Positions 1-12,910 of a stretch of DNA of 32,000 nucleotides are shown in pieces. The notes under the pieces are model-generated. The model made no database searches. It saw nothing but the letters and a program-made list of their open reading frames with translations, and had not been told where the DNA came from. The stretch covers positions 44,387 through 76,386 of the forward strand of contig NZ_JBDIAQ010000003.1 in the NCBI RefSeq assembly GCF_039812505.1, given 5' to 3'. The stretch's first letter is position 1. Each line of letters begins with the position of its first letter. Source of the DNA: Intrasporangium sp. (GTDB taxonomy: Bacteria > Actinomycetota > Actinomycetes > Actinomycetales > Dermatophilaceae). A program made the position numbers and the translations under genes.

Positions 1-344
1 ACAACCTCGCCGCACTGGGCTTCGCGGCGCTGCCGCCGAGCCCGGACCCGAACGTCGCAGCGGCACGCGCCGTCATCACCGTGGCGAACACCAGGTGGAG
101 CGCCTTCCGGGGCAACGGCGGGCTCAACCGGGGCGCCTGGGCCGGCTCGGCCACCCACGGGGAGCAACCACCCAACTACGTGCAGACCGCAGCGGGGGTC
201 ATCGCCGAGCTGCGGAACATGCAGCTGGCCCAGGCGGGCCGGATCGGCTCGTGGTGGCTGATGGCCAGCGACACGGCACCATCCGGGAACGCGCTGCACC
301 GTGGCGGCGTCGACGCGCGGGGCGACTTCATCTACCACCTGTGA
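1..344 (+). CDS. C-terminal fragment of a hypothetical protein (5' end lies outside the window)
   Basis: Frame 3 is open from the window edge (NLAALGFAALPPSPDPNV...DFIYHL) to TGA at 342-344. Third-position GC is high. No family recognised from the 113 visible residues. It overlaps the convergent HAD gene end by 17 nt. Confidence 0.4.
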   Translation, partial: NLAALGFAALPPSPDPNVAAARAVITVANTRWSAFRGNGGLNRGAWAGSATHGEQPPNYVQTAAGVIAELRNMQLAQAGRIGSWWLMASDTAPSGNALHRGGVDARGDFIYHL

Positions 345-1029
345 GGTCCGCGGGCGCGCCGGGCCGCGCGCCGTCGAGCAGGCGCAGCAGGTCCGCCGGG
401 CCCACCCCCGCCAGGGTGCGGATCTGGACCGCGCCGGCCATCTCGGGGACCGGGACCACGTGGGGGATGGCGAGGGTGGGCACCCCCGCGGCCGTCGCCG
501 AGCGGACGCCGGCCGGGGAGTCCTCGAGCGCGACGCACGCCGCCGGCGGCAGATCCAGCAGCCGGGCCGCGGCCAGGTACGGTTCGGGGTCCGGCTTGCC
601 GCGGCGAACCTGGTCACCGGTCACCATCCCGCGGAAGGACCCGGTAGGCAGCCGGCCCACCACGGTGTCCGCCAGCGAGCGCCACGACATCGTCACGAGC
701 ACCGAGGGGACCCCGGTGTCGACCAGGCCCTGCAGCAGCTCGCGGGCTCCCGGCCGCCAGGGCACCTGCGCCCTGACGCGCTCGACGACCCGGCCCAGCA
801 GCGCCTGGACCACCTCGGAGACGGTCAGCGGCAGCCCGGTCCGCTCCAGGATGATCGTGGCCGACACCTCGAGCGCGTTGCCGACCAGCGCGGCGGCGTC
901 CTCGTCGGTCCACACCCCGCCGTGCTCGCCCACGAGCTCGTGCTCGGCCGCCATCCAGTACGGCTCGGTGTCCACGAGGGTGCCGTCCATGTCCCACAGC
1001 ACTGCGGCGGGCAGGCCCGGGCGGTGCAT
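328..1029 (-). CDS. HAD-superfamily hydrolase (beta-phosphoglucomutase-like subfamily IA), 233 aa
   Basis: This is the C-terminal part of track ORF 328..4689. ATG at 1029. Motif I 'LWDMDGTLVDTE', motif III/IV region 'RGKPDPEPYL' and 'ALEDSPAGVRSATAAG'. The start lies 2 nt after the metH stop, so an operon is likely. Confidence 0.85.
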   Translation of the reverse strand: MHRPGLPAAVLWDMDGTLVDTEPYWMAAEHELVGEHGGVWTDEDAAALVGNALEVSATIILERTGLPLTVSEVVQALLGRVVERVRAQVPWRPGARELLQGLVDTGVPSVLVTMSWRSLADTVVGRLPTGSFRGMVTGDQVRRGKPDPEPYLAAARLLDLPPAACVALEDSPAGVRSATAAGVPTLAIPHVVPVPEMAGAVQIRTLAGVGPADLLRLLDGARPGAPADLTGGR

Positions 1030-1031
1030 CG

Positions 1032-4817
<3,786 letters not shown>

Positions 4818-5025
4818 GGGGCTCCTCTCCGGGCTGCTCGCGCAGCGGCTGGGAACAGGGGACCGACTGATTCTACGTACGCGCCCCGGCCCGCTCCCGC
4901 GCGCCCGGGCCCGGGCCGGCGGACGGGGGGCGGCACGGGGCCGTCGGGCGGGCCCGACACCCGGCACCGGCATAGGCTGGAGGTGTGGCCGAAACGGTGG
5001 CCACGCCCATCGTCAAGGAGACCAG

Positions 5026-5877
5026 GTGCTCGACTTCGAGGAGCTTCCGGAGCTGCACGATCCGATCCTCATCGCGGCCTTCGAGGGCTGGAACGACGCC
5101 GGTGAGGCGGCCTCCGCGACGGTCCGCCACCTGGCCGAGTCCTGGGACGCCGAGGTCGTCGCGGCCTTCGACCCGGAGGACTACTACGACTTCCAGGTCA
5201 ACCGGCCCCGGGTGCAGACCGAGGACGGCGCACGGGTCCTGGTCTGGCCGACCACGCGGATCCTGGTTGCCAGCGAGACCGGTTTCGACCACGACGTCGT
5301 GCTCGTGCAGGGCATCGAGCCGTCGATGCGGTGGCGGGCGTTCTGCGTCGAGCTGCTCGATCTGGCCGACCGGCTCGGGGTGCAGGCGATCGTCACGATC
5401 GGCGCGCTGCTCGCCGAGGTGCCGCACACCCGGCCGATCCCCGTGACGGCGACCGGTGAGGACGACACCGTCCGGCAGCGCTTCGACGTCGAGGGCAGCC
5501 GCTACGAGGGCCCGACCGGCATCGTCGGCGTCCTCACGCACATGGCCGGCGACCTGGGGATCCCCTCGCTGTCCGCGTGGGCGGCGGTGCCGCACTACGC
5601 CGGTGCCGCGCCCTCGCCGAAGGCGACGCTGAGCCTGCTCAAGCGGGTCGAGGCGCTGCTCGGGACCAGGGTGCCGCACGGCGAGCTCGAGGAGGACGCC
5701 CAGGCCTGGGAGCGCGGCGTCGACGAGCTGGCCCGCACCGACGACGAGGTCGCCGAGTACGTCCAGTCCCTCGAGCAGGCCCAGGACACCGCCGACCTGC
5801 CCGAGGCCAGCGGCGACGCGATCGCCCGCGAGTTCGAGCGGTACCTGCGCGGCCGCGACGACGAGGCCGGCCGCTGA
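5026..5877 (+). CDS. PAC2 (proteasome assembly chaperone 2-like) family protein, 283 aa
   Basis: GTG at 5026 preceded by AAGGAG (5015-5020). N-terminus 'LDFEELPELHDPILIAAFEGWNDAGEAAS' is typical of the actinobacterial PAC2 family. The upstream part of track ORF 4510..5877 is off-frame junk over the metH leader. Confidence 0.85.
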   Translation: MLDFEELPELHDPILIAAFEGWNDAGEAASATVRHLAESWDAEVVAAFDPEDYYDFQVNRPRVQTEDGARVLVWPTTRILVASETGFDHDVVLVQGIEPSMRWRAFCVELLDLADRLGVQAIVTIGALLAEVPHTRPIPVTATGEDDTVRQRFDVEGSRYEGPTGIVGVLTHMAGDLGIPSLSAWAAVPHYAGAAPSPKATLSLLKRVEALLGTRVPHGELEEDAQAWERGVDELARTDDEVAEYVQSLEQAQDTADLPEASGDAIAREFERYLRGRDDEAGR

Positions 5878-5887
5878 GAGGAGCGAC

Positions 5888-7459
5888 ATGTCGAAGGACA
5901 ACGTCCCGGTCCCGGGCAGCTCCCGCGACCTTCCGGAGTCGGCGCACGTGCTGGGCCCGGTGGCCCGCGACGAGATCGTCGAGGTCACCCTGGTGCTGCG
6001 CCGGCGCGCAGCACTGCCCGACCCCGCGACAGGGGCACGGCTGACCCGTGAGCGGCTCGAGGCGGCATACGGCGCCGCCCCGGCCGACGTGGCGCTGGTG
6101 ACCGACACGCTCACCCGGGCCGGTCTGACCGTGCTGGACGTCCACCCGGGCACCCGCCGGGTGCGGGTCTCCGGACCGGCCACCGCCGTCGAGGCGGTGT
6201 TCGCCACCCGGTTGTCACAGGCCCGGGTCGAGCACGCCGGCGCGGTGCGCGAGGTCCGTCTGCGCACCGGCGAGGTCACCGTCCCGCCGCAGCTCGACGG
6301 TGTCGTCACGGCGGTGCTGGGCCTCGACACGAGGCCGCAGGCGCGGCCCCGGTTCCGCACCGGCGTGGTCGGCTCGCCGGCCGGGGCCCGGGCAGCCGGC
6401 ACGAGCTACACGCCGGTCGACCTCGCCCGGATCTACCGGATGCCGCCCACGGACGGCTCGGGGCAGACGATCGCCCTGATCGAGCTGGGTGGGGGCTACC
6501 GCCCGGCCGACCTGACCCACTACTTCGCCGGGCTGGGCATTGCCCTGCCCCGGGTGACCGCCGTCGGGGTGGACGGGGCGACGAACGCACCGACCGGCGA
6601 CCCCACCAGCGCCGACGGTGAGGTCGTGCTCGACATCGAGGTCGCCGGGGCCGTCGCACCGGCGGCCGCGCTGCTCGTCTACTTCGCCCCGAACACCGAC
6701 GCCGGGTTCCTGGACGCCATCAGCACCGCGGCCCACGCGACACCCACGCCGACGGCGCTGAGCATCAGCTGGGGCCAGAGCGAGGACCAGTGGACCGCCC
6801 AGGCCCGGGCCGCGATGGACGACGCCTTCGCCGACGCCGCCGCACTGGGCATCACCGTCACGGCTGCCGCCGGTGACAACGGCAGCGCCGACGACCCGGC
6901 CGGGACCGGGGTGCACGTCGACTTCCCGGCCTCGAGCCCGCACGTGCTGGGCTGCGGCGGGACCAGCCTGCTGGCCGACCCCGCGACCGGGGTGGTGACC
7001 AGCGAGAAGGTGTGGGACGACGGGCCGGGCCGGGGCGCCACGGGTGGCGGGATCAGCGACGCCTTCGCGCAGCCGGGCTGGCAGGCCGGCGCATCGGCCG
7101 CACCGTCGGTCCACGGCCGGGGCGTGCCCGACGTGGCCGGCGACGCCGACCCCGCCACCGGCTACCGGATCTACCTCGACGGGACCAGCGCCGTCTACGG
7201 GGGCACCAGTGCGGTGGCCCCGCTGTGGGCCGCCCTCGTCTGTCGTCTCGCCCAGTCCGTCGGGCAGCCGCTGGGCCTGCTCGCCCCCCGGCTGTACGCC
7301 GGGGTCCGGCCCGGGACGGTCCAGCCGGGCTTTCGCGACATCACGAGCGGCAGCAACGGCGCGTACCGGGCCGGGCCCGGCTGGGACCCGTGCACCGGGC
7401 TCGGGGTCCCCGAGGGCACGGCGCTGCTCGGCGTGCTGGGCAGCGCCGGCGCCGCCTGA
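5888..7459 (+). CDS. S53 (sedolisin) serine-carboxyl peptidase, kumamolisin-like, with pro-domain, 523 aa
   Basis: Catalytic motifs 'GEVVLDIEVAG' (Glu/Asp), 'AAAGDNGS' (oxyanion Asp) and 'GGTSAVAPLWAAL' (Ser nucleophile). The N-terminal ~170 aa resembles the pro-kumamolisin activation domain. RBS GAGAGGAG overlaps the PAC2 stop, with a 10-nt gap. No obvious signal peptide. Confidence 0.9.
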   Translation: MSKDNVPVPGSSRDLPESAHVLGPVARDEIVEVTLVLRRRAALPDPATGARLTRERLEAAYGAAPADVALVTDTLTRAGLTVLDVHPGTRRVRVSGPATAVEAVFATRLSQARVEHAGAVREVRLRTGEVTVPPQLDGVVTAVLGLDTRPQARPRFRTGVVGSPAGARAAGTSYTPVDLARIYRMPPTDGSGQTIALIELGGGYRPADLTHYFAGLGIALPRVTAVGVDGATNAPTGDPTSADGEVVLDIEVAGAVAPAAALLVYFAPNTDAGFLDAISTAAHATPTPTALSISWGQSEDQWTAQARAAMDDAFADAAALGITVTAAAGDNGSADDPAGTGVHVDFPASSPHVLGCGGTSLLADPATGVVTSEKVWDDGPGRGATGGGISDAFAQPGWQAGASAAPSVHGRGVPDVAGDADPATGYRIYLDGTSAVYGGTSAVAPLWAALVCRLAQSVGQPLGLLAPRLYAGVRPGTVQPGFRDITSGSNGAYRAGPGWDPCTGLGVPEGTALLGVLGSAGAA

Positions 7460-7463
7460 GGGG

Positions 7464-8723
7464 TCAGAGCCGGACGCCGAGCAGGGCGTCGACGGCGGCG
7501 TGCAGCCGGGCGGGCGCCTGCGGGTCGCCGGGTGCGTCACCGGTCCGGGCCTGACAGACCCACCGGTCCACGGCGGCCAGCGCGCGTGGGCTGTCGAGGT
7601 CGTCGGCCAGGGCCGCGCGCAGCTGCCGGATCGTCGGCTCGGGGTCGGGGCCGCGGCCGGCCGCCAGCGCCTCGCGCCACCGGTCGAGGCGCTGCACCGC
7701 GAGCTCGAGCGCCTCGTCGGTCCACATCCAGTCGGTCGCGTGGTGGTGCTCCAGCAGCGCGAGCCGGATCGCCATGGGGTCGGTCCCACCACGGCGCAGG
7801 GTCGAGACGAGCACCAGGTTGCCCTTGGACTTGCTCATCTTCTCGCCGTGCAGCCCGACCATGCCCTGGTGCACGTAGGCCCGGGCGAACGCCGGCTCCT
7901 GCGCGAGCACCTTGGCGTGCGAGGCGCTCATCTCGTGATGCGGGAAGATCAGGTCGCTGCCACCGCCCTGCACGTCGATCGGGATGCCGAGCCGGTCCAT
8001 CGCGATGCAGGCACACTCGATGTGCCAGCCGGGCCGGCCCGGCCCCAGCGACCCGCCGTCCCACTCCGGCTCCCCGGACCGCGCGGCGCGCCACAGCAGC
8101 GGGTCGAGCGGGCCGCGCTTGCCCGGCCGGTCGGGGTCACCGCCCCGCTCGGCGGACAGGGCGAGCATCGTCGCGGCGTCGTAGTGGCCGACCGAGCCGA
8201 ACGTCGGGTCGCTGGTGACGTCGAAGTAGTAGTCGGCGGCCCCGGTCAGACGCGCGTCGTCGGCCGGGACCGGGTAGGCCGCGCCGCGTGCGACCAGGGC
8301 CGCGATCGGGCGCACGAAGGTCGGGATGCTCTCGACCGCGCCGAGGTAGGCGTCGGGGGCGATGACGGCCAGGGCCTGCATGTCCTCGCGGAAGAGGTCG
8401 ATCTCGCGCAGCGCGAGGTCGCGCCAGTCGATCCCGTCGCGGGCGGCCCGCTCGAGCAGCGGGTCGTCGATGTCGGTGATGTTCTGCACGTAGGCCACCG
8501 CGACCCCGGAGTCGCGCAGCACCCGGCCGAGCAGGTCGAAGGTCACGTAGGTGGCCGCGTGGCCCAGGTGCGTCGCGTCGTACGGCGTGATCCCGCAGAC
8601 GTACAGCGTGGCCGTGTCACCCTGCGCGGCCGGGACCTTCGACCCGGTGGCCGTGTCCCTCACGACGACGCGGGGGGCGCGGCCGGGGAGGTCGGGAATG
8701 CTCGGCGACTGCCACGATTTCAC
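7464..8723 (-). CDS. mshC: L-cysteine:1D-myo-inositol 2-amino-2-deoxy-alpha-D-glucopyranoside ligase (mycothiol ligase), 419 aa
   Basis: CysRS paralogue of about 420 aa. N-terminus '[13 protein letters not shown]', then '[19 protein letters not shown]', '[10 protein letters not shown]' and 'KMSKSKGN'. It lacks the CysRS anticodon-binding C-terminal extension. GTG start at 8723. Confidence 0.92.
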   Translation of the reverse strand: MKSWQSPSIPDLPGRAPRVVVRDTATGSKVPAAQGDTATLYVCGITPYDATHLGHAATYVTFDLLGRVLRDSGVAVAYVQNITDIDDPLLERAARDGIDWRDLALREIDLFREDMQALAVIAPDAYLGAVESIPTFVRPIAALVARGAAYPVPADDARLTGAADYYFDVTSDPTFGSVGHYDAATMLALSAERGGDPDRPGKRGPLDPLLWRAARSGEPEWDGGSLGPGRPGWHIECACIAMDRLGIPIDVQGGGSDLIFPHHEMSASHAKVLAQEPAFARAYVHQGMVGLHGEKMSKSKGNLVLVSTLRRGGTDPMAIRLALLEHHHATDWMWTDEALELAVQRLDRWREALAAGRGPDPEPTIRQLRAALADDLDSPRALAAVDRWVCQARTGDAPGDPQAPARLHAAVDALLGVRL

Positions 8724-8784
8724 TCCGGCAGCCTATCCGGCGGCGACCGAGGGCCCCGCCGGGTGGGGTGCCGACAGGGTGGGC

Positions 8785-9606
8785 TCAGAGCGGCGGCCAG
8801 GGCACCGACGGCCACCCGCTCGAGGGCAGCGGGTGGCGCCGGGTGCGCAGCAGCGCGCGCGTGCGTCGGCCCAGGGCCGTGACGTCGTCCTCGGGCAGCA
8901 GCACGCCGAGGGCGGTCGCGACCGCGTCCTGGTGCAGGGCCGCCTCGAGCCGGGCCAGCCGAGCCACGTCGGCGGCCACCAACGGCTCGCCGGCCCAGCC
9001 CCACAGGACGGTGCGCAGCTTGGGCGCGGGATGGAAGCACACGCCGTGGTCGATCGCCCAGAGCCGGCCGGTGCCGTCGCGCAGGCAGTGCGACCCCTTC
9101 CGGTCGGAGTTGTTCAGCACCGCGTCGAGCACGGCGAGCGAGCGCACGTCGGGCGCGTCGACGTGCACCAGGGTGACCACCTGCCCGTCGGTGGTCTCGC
9201 CGTCGAACACCTCTAGCCACCCCGGGGGCACCTGGCCCGCGGGGACGACCGTGACCACCGCGTCATCCGCGACGGGGTGGTGGGGGTCGCCGATCCACAG
9301 CTGGACCGAGCCGGACCCACGCGGTCCGTCGCGCATGATGGTCGGCGGCACCAGCTCCCAGCCCCCGAGCCGCGAGACCAGGTGGGCCGCGACCTCCCGG
9401 CCGGCGAGCGTGCCGTCGGGAAAGTCCCAGAGCGGCCGTTCGCCGCGGACCGGCTTGTAGATGACGTGGTACCCGGTACCGGCCAGCCGGCAGAGCAGCG
9501 CCCGGTTGGACGACTGCGCGACCCTGCCGACGACCTCGAGGCTCCCGGTCAGGTCTGGCTCGCCCGTCGGTCGGGAGGCGCCGCCCGGATCAGCGCCGGT
9601 AGCCAT
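8785..9606 (-). CDS. SCO1664-family protein (kinase-like fold, function unknown), about 273 aa
   Basis: Conserved core 'LEVVGRVAQSSNRALLC...YKPVRGERPLWDFPDGTLAGREVAAHLVS...LDAVLNNSDRKGSHCL...WAIDHGVCFH'. ATG 9606 preferred over 9648; it overlaps the DUF3090 stop by 17 nt. The start is uncertain. Confidence 0.78.
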   Translation of the reverse strand: MATGADPGGASRPTGEPDLTGSLEVVGRVAQSSNRALLCRLAGTGYHVIYKPVRGERPLWDFPDGTLAGREVAAHLVSRLGGWELVPPTIMRDGPRGSGSVQLWIGDPHHPVADDAVVTVVPAGQVPPGWLEVFDGETTDGQVVTLVHVDAPDVRSLAVLDAVLNNSDRKGSHCLRDGTGRLWAIDHGVCFHPAPKLRTVLWGWAGEPLVAADVARLARLEAALHQDAVATALGVLLPEDDVTALGRRTRALLRTRRHPLPSSGWPSVPWPPL

Positions 9607-10135
9607 TGGCCCGCGGGCAGATGTGGCCCTCGGGGTCCAGCGGCCCACCGCAGAAGGGGCACGGCGGTCGGCCGGCTGCGACCAGCGCGGCGCCGCGGCG
9701 GGCGAACGCGCGGGCGGCTGACGGCGCCAAGGTCACGCGCAGCGAGTTGCGGTCCAGGGCGGTCGCGGCCCCCGCGTCGTCGTCGGGAAAGTCGTCCGGG
9801 TCGTGGTCGTGGCACTCGATGACCATCAGGTGACGCTCGTCGTCCCACGAGAGCGCCAGCGTCTGGACGCGCCAGTCCTCGTCGAAGGGGGTGACCAGCG
9901 GCTCGGCGTCCTCGCTCGCACCGCCGGGCCGGCCCGGCTCGACCGCCTCGGCCGGGGCGAGCTGGTCGAGCACGTCGTTGATGCGGTCGGCGAGGATCTC
10001 GACCTGCTGCTTCTCCAGGCCCACCGTGAGCAGCTGCGTGCCGTCGGTGGCCTGCAGGTAGAACGCCCGCTGACCGACCGGCCCGACGGTCCCCGCGACG
10101 AAGCGCAGGGCCGGGTCGAACTCGTGCAGCGTCAT
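9590..10135 (-). CDS. DUF3090-family protein with C-terminal Cys/His knuckle, 181 aa
   Basis: ATG at 10135 ('MTLHEFDPALRFVAGTVGPVGQRAFYLQA'). C-terminus 'CPFCGGPLDPEGHICPRANGYRR' (CxxC...HxC). The track ORF starts 11 codons earlier, which is less likely. Confidence 0.8.
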   Translation of the reverse strand: MTLHEFDPALRFVAGTVGPVGQRAFYLQATDGTQLLTVGLEKQQVEILADRINDVLDQLAPAEAVEPGRPGGASEDAEPLVTPFDEDWRVQTLALSWDDERHLMVIECHDHDPDDFPDDDAGAATALDRNSLRVTLAPSAARAFARRGAALVAAGRPPCPFCGGPLDPEGHICPRANGYRR

Positions 10136-10145
10136 GGATTCGACC

Positions 10146-10865
10146 TTATCCGACCGTCCCCGAGCCACCGCCGACGACGCCGTCGCCCGCCGCTCCCGAC
10201 TCGGCCTCCGGCGGGCGCAGCCCGGCCAGGTCGCCTCCCGTGTCGTTGACGCGCAGCACGAGCGGGCGGTGGCTCGTGTAGTGCACGACGCTCACCGACC
10301 CGGGGTCGACCTGGATGCGCTGGAACTCGTCGAGGTGGGCCCCGACGGCGTGCGCGAGCAGGGACTTGATGACGTCGCCGTGCGAGACCGCGACCCAGAC
10401 GGCGTGCGGGCCGTGCTCGTGCGCGACGCGCTCGTCCTCCTCGCGGACCGCGCGCAGCGCTCGCGTCTGCATCGCCACCAGCGACTCCCCCGGGTATGCC
10501 GCCGAGCTCGGGAACGCCGCCTCGCTCGGCCGGTCCTGCACCACCCGCCACAGCCGGTCCCGGGCGAGCTCGGTGAGCGGCCGACCGGTCCACGCGCCGT
10601 AGCGGCACTCCCCGAGCCCGGCGTGCACGCTTCGAGGCACCGAACCGAGGGCGGCGGCGATCCGCTCGCCGGTCTGGACGCACCGGTCGAGCGGGGAGCT
10701 GACGATCCGGCGCACCGTCAGGCCCGCGTCGGCGATCCGCTTGCCGACCGCGTCGGCCTGGCGCGCGCCGGCGTCGTCGAGGAACACCCCGGGCATCCAC
10801 CCGGCCAGCGTCCCGGCCGTGTTGGCGCTGGACCGGCCGTGCCGGACGTAGAGGACTGTGGGCAC
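10146..10865 (-). CDS. Histidine-phosphatase superfamily protein (phosphoglycerate-mutase-like), 239 aa
   Basis: GTG at 10865. 'LYVRHGRSSANTAG' (RHG catalytic motif), 'SSPLDRCVQT' and 'VSHGDVIKSLL'. The rest of track ORF 10146..11840 is antisense to corA and is rejected. Confidence 0.85.
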   Translation of the reverse strand: MPTVLYVRHGRSSANTAGTLAGWMPGVFLDDAGARQADAVGKRIADAGLTVRRIVSSPLDRCVQTGERIAAALGSVPRSVHAGLGECRYGAWTGRPLTELARDRLWRVVQDRPSEAAFPSSAAYPGESLVAMQTRALRAVREEDERVAHEHGPHAVWVAVSHGDVIKSLLAHAVGAHLDEFQRIQVDPGSVSVVHYTSHRPLVLRVNDTGGDLAGLRPPEAESGAAGDGVVGGGSGTVG

Positions 10866-10931
10866 CTGGCCAGCGTAGACACCCCGGCCCGACGACGCGC
10901 CACCCGGCCCGGGACGTGGTGAGGTAGGGGG

Positions 10932-11933
10932 GTGATCGTCGACCAAGCCATCTACCGGGACGGCCAACGGCACCCGTGCACCGACCTCGGTGACGAGCTG
11001 GACCGGCTGCGTGAGGGGCAGGACGGGTTCCTCTGGATCGGCCTGAAGGACCCGACCGCCGAGGAGTTCGCCCTCGTCAACCGCAAGCTGCACCTGCACC
11101 CGCTCGCCGTCGAGGACGCCGTCAAGGGCCGCCAGCGCGCCAAGATCGAGCAGTACGAGTCGTCGCTGTTCGTGGTGCTGAAGACGCTGCGCTACCTCGA
11201 CGAGACCAGCGACATCGAGACGGGGGAGCTGATGCTCTTCACCGGCGACCGGTTCGTGGTCACGGTGCGGCGCGGCGAGGGCAACCCGCTGGCCGGGGTG
11301 CGCCAGGCGCTGGAGGCGACCCCGGAGCGGCTGCAGTTCGCGGCGAAGGGGGTGCTGCACGCGGTCGTCGACTCGGTCGTGGACAACTACCGCCGGGTGG
11401 ACCAGGAGCTGCAGCACGACCTCGAGCAGATCGAGCAGACCGTCTTCGGCGACGGCGCGGGCGGCGACGCCAACGTCATCTACCGGCTCAAGCGGGAGGT
11501 GCTCGAGTTCCGCAGGGCGGCCGTGCCGCTGGCCGAGGCGCTGGAGGAGTTCCTGACCCGGGGCGCCGGACGGGCCTTCGAGGCCGACCTGCACCACCTC
11601 TTCCGGGACGTCATGGACCACCTGCGCCAGGTGGTCGACCACACCGAGTCGTACGACCGGCTGCTGACCGACATGCTGAGCGCCCACCTGGCGGGCGTGT
11701 CGGTCAAGCAGAACGAGGACATGCGCCGCATCTCGGCCTGGGTGGCGATGGCCGCGGTGCCGACCATGATCGCCGGGATCTACGGGATGAACTTCGAGTT
11801 CATGCCCGAGCTGAGCTGGCACGTCCGGGTGGCCGGGCACGAGCTCTACCCGGGATACTTCCTGGTGCTGCTGCTGATGGCCGTCATCTGCACGGTCCTC
11901 TACCGGGCGTTCAAGCGGTCCGGCTGGCTCTGA
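10932..11933 (+). CDS. corA: CorA-family Mg2+/Co2+ transporter, 333 aa
   Basis: 'YGMNF' GMN signature followed by the second C-terminal TM segment, with a long soluble N-domain. GTG start with GAGG 7 nt upstream. Confidence 0.9.
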   Translation: MIVDQAIYRDGQRHPCTDLGDELDRLREGQDGFLWIGLKDPTAEEFALVNRKLHLHPLAVEDAVKGRQRAKIEQYESSLFVVLKTLRYLDETSDIETGELMLFTGDRFVVTVRRGEGNPLAGVRQALEATPERLQFAAKGVLHAVVDSVVDNYRRVDQELQHDLEQIEQTVFGDGAGGDANVIYRLKREVLEFRRAAVPLAEALEEFLTRGAGRAFEADLHHLFRDVMDHLRQVVDHTESYDRLLTDMLSAHLAGVSVKQNEDMRRISAWVAMAAVPTMIAGIYGMNFEFMPELSWHVRVAGHELYPGYFLVLLLMAVICTVLYRAFKRSGWL

Positions 11934-11979
11934 GCCTGAGGCGCGACTGCGCGGCGCGGCCGGCCCGCGGCCCTCAGGT
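11934..11979. terminator. Candidate bidirectional hairpin between convergent corA and uppP
   Basis: GCCTGAGG (11934-11941) pairs with CCTCAGGT (11972-11979) around a GC-rich 30-nt interior. It overlaps the uppP stop. No clear U-tract. Confidence 0.3.
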
Positions 11980-12834
11980 CGCGCTCATCCACCCGGCTGC
12001 GAGGGTCAGCACGAGCGCGGCGCCGAGAACCACCCGGTACCAGACGAAGGCGAGCAGGCTGTTGCCGGCGACGAAGCGCAGCAGCCAGGCGATCGAGGCG
12101 TAGGCGACCCCGAAGGCCACCACCACGCCCACCAGCATCTGGCCCACGCCGAAGCCGGCCAGCTGGGTGCGCTCCTGCACCGCCTCGAACAGGCCCGCGG
12201 CGGTCAGCGCCGGGATGGCCAGGAAGAAGCTGAGCCGGGTGGCGGTGACCCGGTCGATCCCGCGGGCCAGACCGGCGGAGATCGTCGCGCCGGACCGGGA
12301 CACGCCCGGTACGAGCGAGAAGCACTGGACCAGCCCGATGACCAGACCGTCGAGCGGGGTCACCGAGTGCTCCCCCCGCACGACGCCGCGCCGGTCGAAC
12401 CTCGTGTGCATCCGCTCGGCGACCACCATCACCACCGACCAGAGGACGAGGGCCGCAGCGACGACCCACAGGCTGCGCAGCACCCCCGAGATGACGTCCC
12501 GGGCGAGGAACCCGACGATGCCCAGCGGGATCGACCCGACGATGACGGCCCAGGCCAGGCCGTAGTCGGGGTCGCGGCGGGCCTCCTGCCGCGCCAGCCC
12601 GCGGAACCAGGCCAGCGCGAAGCGCACGATGTCGCGCCAGAAGTACAGGAACGTGGCGAGTATGGCGCCGAGCTGGATGATCGCGGTGTAGGCCGTGACC
12701 GCCGGGTCGTCGACCTGCAGACCCAGCAGCTTCTCGGTGATGGTCAGGTGTCCCGTCGAGGAGACCGGCAGGTACTCCGTCACTCCCTCGATCACGCCGA
12801 GGATGATCGCATCGAGGTAGCTGAGGTCAGGCAC
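11974..12834 (-). CDS. uppP: Undecaprenyl-diphosphate phosphatase, 286 aa
   Basis: 'GVIEGVTEYLPVSSTGHL' signature and 'PGVSRSGATI', in a polytopic membrane protein. GTG start. Confidence 0.93.
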   Translation of the reverse strand: MPDLSYLDAIILGVIEGVTEYLPVSSTGHLTITEKLLGLQVDDPAVTAYTAIIQLGAILATFLYFWRDIVRFALAWFRGLARQEARRDPDYGLAWAVIVGSIPLGIVGFLARDVISGVLRSLWVVAAALVLWSVVMVVAERMHTRFDRRGVVRGEHSVTPLDGLVIGLVQCFSLVPGVSRSGATISAGLARGIDRVTATRLSFFLAIPALTAAGLFEAVQERTQLAGFGVGQMLVGVVVAFGVAYASIAWLLRFVAGNSLLAFVWYRVVLGAALVLTLAAGWMSAT

Positions 12835-12910
12835 GGCGTCATCCGCCCAATCGGTCGTCGGTCGCGTGGAGGTGGACCCGGCGCGGGTCGGCAGGGGCCA
12901 GTCGGGAAGC

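Noticed and set aside
4818-4973. 52-codon N-terminal extension of metH to the ATG at 4973
   Set aside because: The extension is Arg/Pro/Ala-rich junk. A strong GGAGAGGAG RBS sits 4 nt before GTG 4817, which gives the conserved MetH N-terminus.
4818-5025. Possible cobalamin, SAM or SAH riboswitch in the metH leader / divergent spacer
   Set aside because: I read the minus-strand leader and found only a short hairpin (GCTGC-GCGA-GCAGC) next to the RBS. I could not recognise a B12-box or a SAM-IV/SAH core. An Rfam cmscan would be needed to be sure.
10866-11840. Upstream part of the 564-aa minus-strand ORF 10146..11840
   Set aside because: It is antisense to corA, which has the GMN motif and TM segments. 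Only the last 239 codons (the histidine phosphatase) are credible.
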